Shown here piece by piece: positions 48,258 to 57,009 of a DNA stretch of 64,000 nt (its first letter is position 1; each line of letters begins with the position of its first letter). Position numbers and translations under genes: made by a program. Origin of the DNA: a virus; the IMG/VR virus record IMGVR_UViG_3300025012_000079, positions 4,081-68,080 of that record. One strand, given 5' to 3'. A model generated the notes under the pieces. The model did no database searches. It saw only the letters and a list, made by a program, of their open reading frames with translations, and was not told the DNA's origin.

Positions 48258-50267
48258 TTAGAATTGTACCTTGATGGTACGGTTGAAAGATCCGCTTACC
48301 TTAATGATTATTTCATCAGGCTGAGTGAATGAAAAACCAAGTCCAGAAAGCTGATTATTTGAGCTTGATACTGTCATTTTATTGCCAAGGACTTCGAAGA
48401 CTTTTCTATGGGTTTTTAAATCCCCCTTAAGGAATTCATTGAAAAATCCTCTTGGGGTTTCTAAGTTTAAACATTTATCCAATATAAAGAATATATGCTT
48501 GTTTCCGTGCATAGAAGAATTTTCCCAATAATTTGGTGAGTACATAATCATTTTGGTTTTGTGAAACTTGGTTGTTTTAATTCCCCATACTGTTACTTCT
48601 GATTCTTGGTGAGGAAGACTACTTATTATTGAAAAAGTTCCATTTTCGTCAAGCCTAACTTCTACAAAAGTGACTTCTTCATCATTTCTTAATCCTTTAG
48701 AATATGAAAAGGTAAAAAGCTTTCCCTCAAGTTCAAGCTCTGCTCTGATTGGATTCAGCATATTGTCTCTTTGCTGATAGTTGTGAATGTAAAACTTATA
48801 AGTACCTGGAAGCATTTTGCATTTATTTGTATAGATGATGTTTTCTACTGGCTTTTCTCTATGTCCATCTATACCATTAGCATCTACGTCGAGTATTCCA
48901 GATGATGGAAAGCACAGTCTAACGGAAGTATAATAAATATGATTTTTTGGTTCTTGGCAATGTATATCTAAATCTGTTTTTCCATCCCAGGCAGCTGAAA
49001 ATCTCATTATTACGTTCTCTGTCCTCCCACCGGCAATTTTAACTCTTTCTTTTATTGAATCAGTTACATTACCATTATATACGTGACAAAAGTTATTTTC
49101 CCACTGAAACAAAGATGGTGCAGAAGCATCTTCTGGAGCAATTAAACTCATAAGTTTGTTTTGATGTTTGTTTTCAAACAAAATTTCTATACTTTCTGCA
49201 TTTGGAATTACTCCAGATACGAAATCTTCTATTGATATTTTGTCAATCTTATTTAGGTTTTGTGGTAAATTTGAATGATCACTTAATAGTAAGTCAAATG
49301 GACTGCTTTTCATTACAGACTTGATTGAACGGTCGGCAAAGATAACATCATTAATACTTATATCTTCAGCAACTGCAAATCTTCTTTGTAATGAGTTTTC
49401 TAAGCCAAGTTCAATAATTTTCTCTTGTGCTTGTTTGATCATTTTTGGTGTTATAACTGCTGAAGGTCTCTGATAGTTTTGTGGAGCAACTTTTGATTCG
49501 TAAGCACTTACGGCAATGTTAATATCTTTTCCTTCAGAAAGATCAACTAACAATGTTCCAATTACTGTGTTTCTTATTCTTACTGAAGATGCTTTGATAT
49601 TTTGCCAAGGAAAGATTGCTTTGTTTTCTGTAGCAAGATATTGTTTTTGATAAATATCAAAATCTTTTACTAAGTTAAGGAATTCTGAGCCTCTGTATAT
49701 TGAATTTTGATTAATTAGGTCAATTACAGTTTCTACAGCATCGGGATTGATTTCTGTTAATGCTCGTTTGAACATTTCTGCATTTGTATTTGATTCACTA
49801 AATTTGGTTCCAATAATTGAATCTTTGCAAACAAGTTGTTTAGGCATAGCTGAATAGAAGTGATGCCAAGTTATAGCCTCATTATAATTGTCTTTATTTG
49901 GCTTTCTTCCAGCACTAGATTCTGTAGTAAGAAAAATACTTTCAATTGTACTGGCTTCTACGAGTATTGCTAGTTTTGATGCCACTTGATTGTAAGGAAA
50001 TTCAAGGTTTGGAAGATTCCAGATTGATATCTGCTTTTCATCTTGAATTGCCACAACATTGCCGATTGCTTTAATGAAGCTGCGGCAAGCCTGGCAATCA
50101 TGTTCTGATCTTTGTCGAAATATTTTATTTGTACCTTCAGGAAAAGCTTTTAAGTATTCAGAATAAAGAGTTTCTCCAGATATTGTTGTGCGGAAAAGGT
50201 TTGATTTGTTAGAGAGAAGTTGAAAGTTGCTATTTATTGCTTCTGCAAATGGTGAAAAGTCACTCAT
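48258..50267 (-). CDS. Large early protein of unknown function
   Basis: 669 aa; EHDCQACRSF; DLDIH..LDVD..PVENI (YfaP-like). Confidence 0.75.
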   Translation of the reverse strand: MSDFSPFAEAINSNFQLLSNKSNLFRTTISGETLYSEYLKAFPEGTNKIFRQRSEHDCQACRSFIKAIGNVVAIQDEKQISIWNLPNLEFPYNQVASKLAILVEASTIESIFLTTESSAGRKPNKDNYNEAITWHHFYSAMPKQLVCKDSIIGTKFSESNTNAEMFKRALTEINPDAVETVIDLINQNSIYRGSEFLNLVKDFDIYQKQYLATENKAIFPWQNIKASSVRIRNTVIGTLLVDLSEGKDINIAVSAYESKVAPQNYQRPSAVITPKMIKQAQEKIIELGLENSLQRRFAVAEDISINDVIFADRSIKSVMKSSPFDLLLSDHSNLPQNLNKIDKISIEDFVSGVIPNAESIEILFENKHQNKLMSLIAPEDASAPSLFQWENNFCHVYNGNVTDSIKERVKIAGGRTENVIMRFSAAWDGKTDLDIHCQEPKNHIYYTSVRLCFPSSGILDVDANGIDGHREKPVENIIYTNKCKMLPGTYKFYIHNYQQRDNMLNPIRAELELEGKLFTFSYSKGLRNDEEVTFVEVRLDENGTFSIISSLPHQESEVTVWGIKTTKFHKTKMIMYSPNYWENSSMHGNKHIFFILDKCLNLETPRGFFNEFLKGDLKTHRKVFEVLGNKMTVSSSNNQLSGLGFSFTQPDEIIIKVSGSFNRTIKVQF

Positions 50268-50398
50268 GATGTTTCTCCTTGTCTAGGAATGTTGATCTAA
50301 AGGCTAATTAAAATACTTTTATTTAATACTTACCAGAATGACATCCTTCATCACGCCCTGGCCATACCATTTGTGAGGTTCTGGATAGTGTATAGTAT

Positions 50399-50427
50399 AG
50401 TGTACCGTATACAATAGGGTTTGTCAA
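50399..50427 (-). promoter_or_regulatory. Sigma70-type promoter
   Basis: TTGACA-N17-TACACT. Confidence 0.7.
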
Positions 50428-50683
50428 CGGAAAAACACGTGTACGGTTTACGGTTGTGGCGGGTGCTACGTTGTGGTAGTTGGTCGGTGGCGTGTATATA
50501 GTATGGTGGCTGGGCTGAATAGGGCCAGGAAAGGCGTAGGATGCCCGTAGCAGGCCGGACCGGGAAAACGGGTATGGTGGTATGTCCGTGTAGCGGATGG
50601 CGTGTTGGTCGTTCTGGCGTGTTGGCGGGCATAACGGAAAAACTGTGTAATTTCACTACGTTATGCCCGTCCATTCGTTGTGC

Positions 50684-51262
50684 TTATTCCTCGCTATCAA
50701 TCCAATCTTTCGGCGGGCTGAAATCAGTTATAGTTGATATTTCTGACTCTGTGTTATTCGGATCATGAAATTCTGATGGTTTGAGGCGAGTTTGTCTTGT
50801 TTGAAAAGATAACTCTATTTGGGTATCAATCTCTTTTTCTTTTAATTCTTGTGCTTCTTTTAATGCATGTTCACGTCTGAGCTGCTCGAAGAGTCTGGCG
50901 TCTTCGATATCTCTTTGTATTTGTTGGGCTGATTTCTGTGCCTGTTCTTTTATCTGAAATTCTTGCTGTGCCTGGAATGGTTGAGATTGTGCCTTTGCTT
51001 GTGCCATAATCTGCCGAATGGTTGTATATGGGTCGATTCGATCTACAGGCAGAGAGATGATTGTCTCAATGGCTTTTATGTCTGCTTGAGCACATTCTAA
51101 CGATGTGTGGATTGAATGCTTTGATATCCAGTCGATGATTATTAGCTTGGCTGCCTGGGATAATGATGCTATTGGTTGGTCGGGTTCAAGAGTGACGAGT
51201 ATTCTTAATGCTTTGGCGAGTTGGTAATGGTTTAGGCGAAAGGACATGTGAGGGCTTGACAT
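50684..51262 (-). CDS. RHH-like protein with Q/E-rich coiled coil
   Basis: GGAG RBS before MSSPHMSFRL; the longer ORF runs through promoter repeats. Confidence 0.65.
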   Translation of the reverse strand: MSSPHMSFRLNHYQLAKALRILVTLEPDQPIASLSQAAKLIIIDWISKHSIHTSLECAQADIKAIETIISLPVDRIDPYTTIRQIMAQAKAQSQPFQAQQEFQIKEQAQKSAQQIQRDIEDARLFEQLRREHALKEAQELKEKEIDTQIELSFQTRQTRLKPSEFHDPNNTESEISTITDFSPPKDWIDSEE

Positions 51263-51304
51263 AATGGTTGCTCCGTTAGTTGAGGTTGTGGTGCGTTGGT
51301 CGGT

Positions 51305-51880
51305 TGGTGACCTGTGGTGACGCTTGGTGACAGTATAGCACGGGTTGGTGACGTTTGTCAAGGGTTTGGTTACGGGTGGTGACATTTTTTGGTGACGGAT
51401 GGTTATGTTTTGGTGCCGTTTGGTGACGTTTGGTGACAGGTTGCTTGTGTAAGTGGTTGATATTGTTGGGGAATTTGAGGGCTGTGTACGGTTGGCGTCA
51501 AAAGAGTCCACGCGTACACCTCCCCCCCGTCTCTGGACCTCGTATTTAAGTATTTAATAAAAAAATTAAATACTAAAACAGACACCCCTCTCCCTTCATG
51601 ACACAGGGGGGTGGTGTACGGTTGGACACTATTGGCCACTTTTGGACACACAGGTTCGTAACTCTTTGAAATAATTACCTTTTTCTAGCTTACCTGTGGC
51701 CATGTGGTGCCAATACGGTGACAGCCGGTGCCAATTATGCGTGTCCAGCCGGTGCCTACTGGTGACAGGTGTATACGTTTAGTGTCCGTTTGGTGCCATT
51801 TATGTGTGTCCAAGTGTCCACCTTTGGACACCTTTGGTCACGTTTGATTACGGTTGTCACCACCTGGACACCCTTGGTCG
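51305..51880. repeat. Heptamer repeat arrays around an AT-rich core (candidate origin/operator)
   Basis: TGGTGAC x8 at about 10-bp phase; TGGACAC/GTGTCC/GGTGCC repeats; AT-rich core 51542-51578. Confidence 0.7.
51332..51361 (-). promoter_or_regulatory. Sigma70-type promoter embedded in heptamer repeats
   Basis: TTGACA-N18-TATACT with TGn. Confidence 0.65.
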
Positions 51881-51986
51881 TGTTATTCCTGTTCACCATC
51901 GAACAGCCATACAACCATCATATAATCGCTAGTCATGCAAGCAAGGTTGTTAGGCATTTTACAGGTTGTTAGGCATTAGCAATAAG

Positions 51987-52022
51987 AAAAGCCCGAAAAG
52001 GTTACAGGAACCTAATCGGGCT
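51987..52022 (-). terminator. Intrinsic terminator
   Basis: AGCCCGA..AGGTT/AACCT..TCGGGCT then TTTCTT on the minus strand. Confidence 0.6.
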
Positions 52023-52247
52023 AGACTGATAACAGGTTGTTAGGCTTTTTTATTGTTTCATTCTTTAGTTAAAATTCTTATTACTATATCACAAATAACC
52101 TTTTCCAATTCACTATCAGTGTAGAACATTTCATCTGCCCAATTATTAGCCTCAATACGTTTTTTGTCTGGATGCCAGTCTTTAGATTCCTGGATAACCT
52201 GTACAGCTACTTCAATCATCTTTTCATAAGTTGTCATTATATCACCT

Positions 52248-52463
52248 TTATCTAGTCAGTTCAATACAAATGCCCGTCTGAATGGCCTTGTTGTATCGTT
52301 CAGGCATCAGGCCAAGATATTGTAAGACCCGGCTAACATTATGGCAGTCTTGACATAAGATGCACCGGACAATTTTCATCTCCTCACGATCTGAAGTCAA
52401 CTTAATTGCTTTAGCAAAACTAATGCCATAAGAAACATCCTTTGCAAGCTTAGTAATTTTCAT
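52248..52463 (-). CDS. Hypothetical protein
   Basis: 71-aa ORF. Confidence 0.45.
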   Translation of the reverse strand: MKITKLAKDVSYGISFAKAIKLTSDREEMKIVRCILCQDCHNVSRVLQYLGLMPERYNKAIQTGICIELTR

Positions 52464-52642
52464 GGTTTCACCAGGTGGAAGTCAACTTCATTAAATTGCT
52501 GATACCATGCTTCGATAACCCATTCAGGCAGATAAGGGGCTGATTTACGATTAAAGAAAGCTATGAATCGTTTAGAATATTGCATGGCTACACCTCCAGG
52601 CTCGGGCACAATCGCATGGACTATGCCCGAGTTGAATGGTTG

Positions 52643-53056
52643 CTAATTGTTAGCCGACATACCTGCGATAATTGCCGCAAGTTGTTCCGGGCTAAGTTTG
52701 GCCATTGCCTCAATTGCTTTCTGTTCGTCACTCTTGGCGCTTGCCGGACGTTCAGCAGCTTCCCATTTCATCTTGTCCACGTTTTCTTGACCAAGCTCAG
52801 GCGACCATTCGGCACCTTTCTTTGTTGCCTTAAAGGTTGCTCGTGCATCAATAAGTTTTGCCTGTACACCTTTCTGCAAACATGCATGAAGGCATCCGCT
52901 TTCCTTTGCCCAAGCAACCAACTTTTCCTCGTCGCTAAATTGTTCGCTTGTCGGAAAGATTCTTCTTGGCAAAGTGTGCTGTACCATGATGCCAACCGCC
53001 GGGACTGAAGTCTCTGTTTTCAACGTATCCAGTGTTACAAAAATAGATTGTGCCAT
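52643..53056 (-). CDS. Early hypothetical protein
   Basis: AAAGGAG RBS; similar to 39724..40086. Confidence 0.7.
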   Translation of the reverse strand: MAQSIFVTLDTLKTETSVPAVGIMVQHTLPRRIFPTSEQFSDEEKLVAWAKESGCLHACLQKGVQAKLIDARATFKATKKGAEWSPELGQENVDKMKWEAAERPASAKSDEQKAIEAMAKLSPEQLAAIIAGMSANN

Positions 53057-53120
53057 GATAAAACTCCTTTATGATGGTTAGACTACGAGTGGCCAGAACC
53101 ATTTCCAGCCTGACAATTAC

Positions 53121-53511
53121 TGTTTATCACCTGTGGAAAGGTATGTCAAGTTTATTTATCCAAAAGTTTACCTATAAGTTTTGTCAATTCTCTATCTGTC
53201 TTTTCACCATAATCTTTAACAAATCTTTCCCTTTCTTCTTTTGGTAATACAGCGCAATGATGAATACAAGCAAATATTACCATCTGTTCAAGTTGTGGTA
53301 ATTGGTTCAATATTTCTCTTGTCGTCATGATATTCTCCGTTGCAAAGGTTTGACCGCTCTAACTATCCCGTTTCAGCCAACTATAAATCTTAATCATGTT
53401 TACTTGTACCAAACGGGGAAAGTCTTGTCAAGAATTATTTTGCACCTTGTTTCATTTCCCAATTGCTTGACCTTTCCCAATTACAATACTTCCCCATGTT
53501 CAGGCTGTCAA
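53121..53511 (-). promoter_or_regulatory. Three tandem leftward sigma70-type promoters
   Basis: TTGACA at 53149, 53431, 53511, each behind AAATAA; N17 then TAAACA, TACAAG, TATTGT. Confidence 0.6.
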
Positions 53512-54115
53512 GATTTATTTTGCATGTCCATTCTGCCTGGTACACCTTGCCTGGTCATTGGCAATATAGCCTGGTACAACTTGTATGATGCTCGACAGTC
53601 TGCCAGGACCATCATGTTAAAATATTTCCCTTGTTGGATTGTTCCACAGTTTGCCAGGATTACCTGCTTGCCTGGTGTAACTCTTGTATGATTGCGACGT
53701 ATGTCGCGGGAACAATCTTTCTTGTGTGTAACCTGCTTGCGTGTGGATGCCTCGATCTCTCTGTAGTGGATTAGGCTTTCTATATAGAGTTGCAGAAATA
53801 ACCAACTTCACATTGCCGTCAATCCGGACAATTACCAACCTCGTTCATAAATGAACATCAAGTAGGGAACAATTAAACTGGCATAAGTAATCAACTTGGT
53901 TTACATAGAAACTTGGTAGCCTTAGCAAAACAGCCAGCCCTTAGATATTATAGGAGGCTCAATATGTTTGCCGGCATTATGGAAAAAGCAGGAAAATTAA
54001 GTCCTTATGCATTTTAATATTGACCTTTTCACTATAATATGTCAACGTAAAATAAGACAATTCCAAAAGGTTCACAACATCCATTTAACCCACTTCACCT
54101 GTAAAGCTGTCAACC

Positions 54116-54802
54116 ATGTTGAAAGAACTCAAATCTCAGCACCGCAACATAATTCAGATGGCCTTTAATGGTTATAAGAATCAGGAAATCGCTGAGCGTC
54201 TTGGCATGGCACAATCATCCGTATCTACAATTCTGCGTTCACCGTTAGGTCAAGCTTACTTAAATGGCCTTCAAGACAGGGCGCACGAAGCAACTTTGGA
54301 CGTTCGTAAAAAGCTAGTCAGCCTCAACAAGGAGGCGCTAGCAACCTTCGAGCATCTTCTCAACTCGAGTTCCCGCAAAGCTGTTCCAGCATCCGTACAG
54401 TTTAATGCAGCCAAAGATGTGCTTGATCGCAATGGTTATAAGGCTCCAGATCGTTTGAACATCGACATGACGCTGCAAACCAAAACTGATGAAGAACTCG
54501 ATGCTGAGATAGCTGCAATCGAAGAAGCTATCAACCGTACTGGTGGTAAAAATCTTCCAGAGATTAAAAAATCCTTACGACAAAACTTATCATTTACGAC
54601 CATTCCTCTTACTTCAGATCATGCTGTTGTCACGAATACTGCCAACGAGGATGATTTATCTCTGGAAGATTTGTTCTGTACTGAAGAACAAGCTGGCCTA
54701 TTTATTCCTGACGAATCTTTTGAAGAGCCCCTTCTGATGGAAGACACCTCAATTTTAGAAGACCTATCATTTGATCCCTTTCACAATATTAAAAGGTCAT
54801 AA
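54116..54802 (+). CDS. Putative terminase small subunit
   Basis: N-terminal HTH (NQEIAERLGMAQSSVS), AAKDVLDRNG; coupled to TerL. Confidence 0.7.
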   Translation: MLKELKSQHRNIIQMAFNGYKNQEIAERLGMAQSSVSTILRSPLGQAYLNGLQDRAHEATLDVRKKLVSLNKEALATFEHLLNSSSRKAVPASVQFNAAKDVLDRNGYKAPDRLNIDMTLQTKTDEELDAEIAAIEEAINRTGGKNLPEIKKSLRQNLSFTTIPLTSDHAVVTNTANEDDLSLEDLFCTEEQAGLFIPDESFEEPLLMEDTSILEDLSFDPFHNIKRS

Positions 54803-56271
54803 TGATGGATCTTTCCCACCTTGATAGAGACCGCAAAGAGCAATACCTCAAACTATTGCAAGCCAAAAACATTCGGATCAAGCAAAATAAGATAGTCCAG
54901 TATTATCCAGATGACGGCGAGCTGAGTCGGCATAACTACCCTAAGCACATGCAGTTCTTTGCAGCCGGCAGCACATTTAGTGAACGCTGTATCATGGCTG
55001 CAAACCGAATTGGAAAAAGCGAAGGAATTGGTGCATACGAAACAACTCTTCATGCCACCGGAAGATATCCTGCTTGGTGGACTGGAAAGCGTTTCACCAA
55101 ACCAGTTTCCATCTGGGCCTGTGGAACAACCAGTACAACTGCCAGGGACATCGTACAATATAAGCTTATTGGCAATCCTGAAGAGTATGGTACTGGACTC
55201 ATACCAGAAAAGTATATAATAAAGACATCTCCTAAGGCCGGCGGAGTTGCGAACGCCATAGACATGATATTGGTCAAGCATATCTCTGGTGGCATATCTC
55301 GGATTAAGATCAAGTCTTATGCAGAAGGCCGCAAGTCTTTTGAAGGCACAGAGCAGGATTTAATTTGGCTGGATGAAGAATGTCCATTGCCAATCTATAC
55401 TGAATGTATAACCAGGACCATGACAACGAATGGTCTAATCATGCTTACCTTCACACCGTTAGAGGGCCTAACTGATACTGTTCTTCAGTTTATGCCAAAC
55501 GGAAAGATTGAGGATAATCAAGAAGGCAGTAAGTTCCTTATTCAAGCTACATGGGATGATGCTCCACACTTAACCAAAGAACAGAAAGACAAACTCTGGG
55601 CAGCCTTACCACCACATCAACGTGACGCCAGGTCGAAAGGCGTTCCGCAGTTGGGAGCTGGTGCAATTTATCCAATCCTCGAAAGTAATATTACAGTCGC
55701 TGATTTTGCCATCCCAGATCATTGGCTCCGTTGCTATGCGTTGGATGTAGGCTGGAAGAAGACTGCAACTGTTTGGGCAGCCACAGATCCTACCAGCAAC
55801 ATAACTTATCTGTATTCCGAATATTATCAGGGCCAACAGTTGCCACTGATCCATGCGGATGCTATTAAGGCTCGAGGAAATTGGATTCCAGGCGTAGTTG
55901 ATTCAGCTGCACATGGACGCAGTCAAGATGATGGTAAGCAACTTTTTGAACAATACCTAGGATTAGGTCTTGACCTCGAAAATGCTAACAAATCTGTTGA
56001 AGCCGGCTTATATGCTGTATGGCAAATGCTTAGTACCAACCGATTGAAAGTATTTGGTTCGTTGGTTAATTGGTTTTCAGAGTTCAGGATTTATCGCCGG
56101 GATGAGAATGGGCAGATAGTTAAAGATCGCGATCACCTTATGGACTGCACTCGATATCTAGTTATGTCTGGCCTCAAGCGAGCGATCGCCAAGCCATATT
56201 GGGAATTTCAGGCATGGGAAGAAAGCGAACTTTACAATCATCAAGAAGCAAGTCTGGTTACAGGTTATTAA
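54802..56271 (+). CDS. terL: Terminase large subunit (P22-like)
   Basis: AANRIGKS, WLDEE, LTFTP, ALDVG, DHLMDCTRY. Confidence 0.93.
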   Translation: MMDLSHLDRDRKEQYLKLLQAKNIRIKQNKIVQYYPDDGELSRHNYPKHMQFFAAGSTFSERCIMAANRIGKSEGIGAYETTLHATGRYPAWWTGKRFTKPVSIWACGTTSTTARDIVQYKLIGNPEEYGTGLIPEKYIIKTSPKAGGVANAIDMILVKHISGGISRIKIKSYAEGRKSFEGTEQDLIWLDEECPLPIYTECITRTMTTNGLIMLTFTPLEGLTDTVLQFMPNGKIEDNQEGSKFLIQATWDDAPHLTKEQKDKLWAALPPHQRDARSKGVPQLGAGAIYPILESNITVADFAIPDHWLRCYALDVGWKKTATVWAATDPTSNITYLYSEYYQGQQLPLIHADAIKARGNWIPGVVDSAAHGRSQDDGKQLFEQYLGLGLDLENANKSVEAGLYAVWQMLSTNRLKVFGSLVNWFSEFRIYRRDENGQIVKDRDHLMDCTRYLVMSGLKRAIAKPYWEFQAWEESELYNHQEASLVTGY

Positions 56272-56285
56272 GCAATGAGAACATT

Positions 56286-56666
56286 ATGAAAGGTGAAAAG
56301 ATTCTTGGAGAGTTCGAGCTTGGTCTTAGAAGAGTAAAACTAATTGCTATGCAAGAAAGTGGTGGGAGTCTTACTTGTTTACCAAAATCAGGATCAGCTG
56401 AAATTAGAGTGGGTATTAAAACTAATAAGTGGCATGAATGCCTTTCTGTTTTAATGCATGAATCTATTGAATTTGTTTGTATTGAAATGGGTTTCAGATT
56501 TTATCCAAACTTAGATATGTCAAGAGATTCTAATAGACTTTACTTCTTTTTTCAGCATAGTGACTTTTCAGAAATCATAGCAAGAGCAGGTGAGTTTGTT
56601 GCTTCTGCAAGTAAGCCACTTAAAAAGTTTTGGAGAAAAGAAAATGACAAAAGTAATCAGAGTTGA
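56286..56666 (+). CDS. Hypothetical protein (LMHE motif)
   Basis: AT-rich ORF between terL and portal; start uncertain. Confidence 0.5.
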   Translation: MKGEKILGEFELGLRRVKLIAMQESGGSLTCLPKSGSAEIRVGIKTNKWHECLSVLMHESIEFVCIEMGFRFYPNLDMSRDSNRLYFFFQHSDFSEIIARAGEFVASASKPLKKFWRKENDKSNQS

Positions 56667-56814
56667 GAAAGCAGACACAAGCGACGAAGTCGCCTACACA
56701 TATTTTCACTCTACTTGCTCTTTACGGAATACTAATAAAATAATTTAAAATTTTTAACAGGTAAACCAGGTTCCTGAATAAATCTGGTATTAAAATTCTT
56801 TGGAGGTAAAACCC

Positions 56815-56982
56815 ATGGAAAAGAAAATTGAAGAGGCAATAAAATTATTGGCTGAAAGAATTACTAAAGATGTAAAATCAGATGATGCATTAAAACTTAC
56901 TCAAGCAGCATCGAATCTTGCTCATGTATTAGCGATAAAAGCAGATATTACACAGACACAAAGTAAATTAAATTCTAAATAA
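56815..56982 (+). CDS. Small hypothetical protein
   Basis: GGAGGT RBS. Confidence 0.5.
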   Translation: MEKKIEEAIKLLAERITKDVKSDDALKLTQAASNLAHVLAIKADITQTQSKLNSK

Positions 56983-57009
56983 TATATTTGACTCTGCAGG
57001 AAATTAATA

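Noticed and set aside
51263-51511. N-terminal extension of ORF 50684..51511
   Set aside because: It translates the repeat/promoter array; RBS and paralog alignment place the start at 51262
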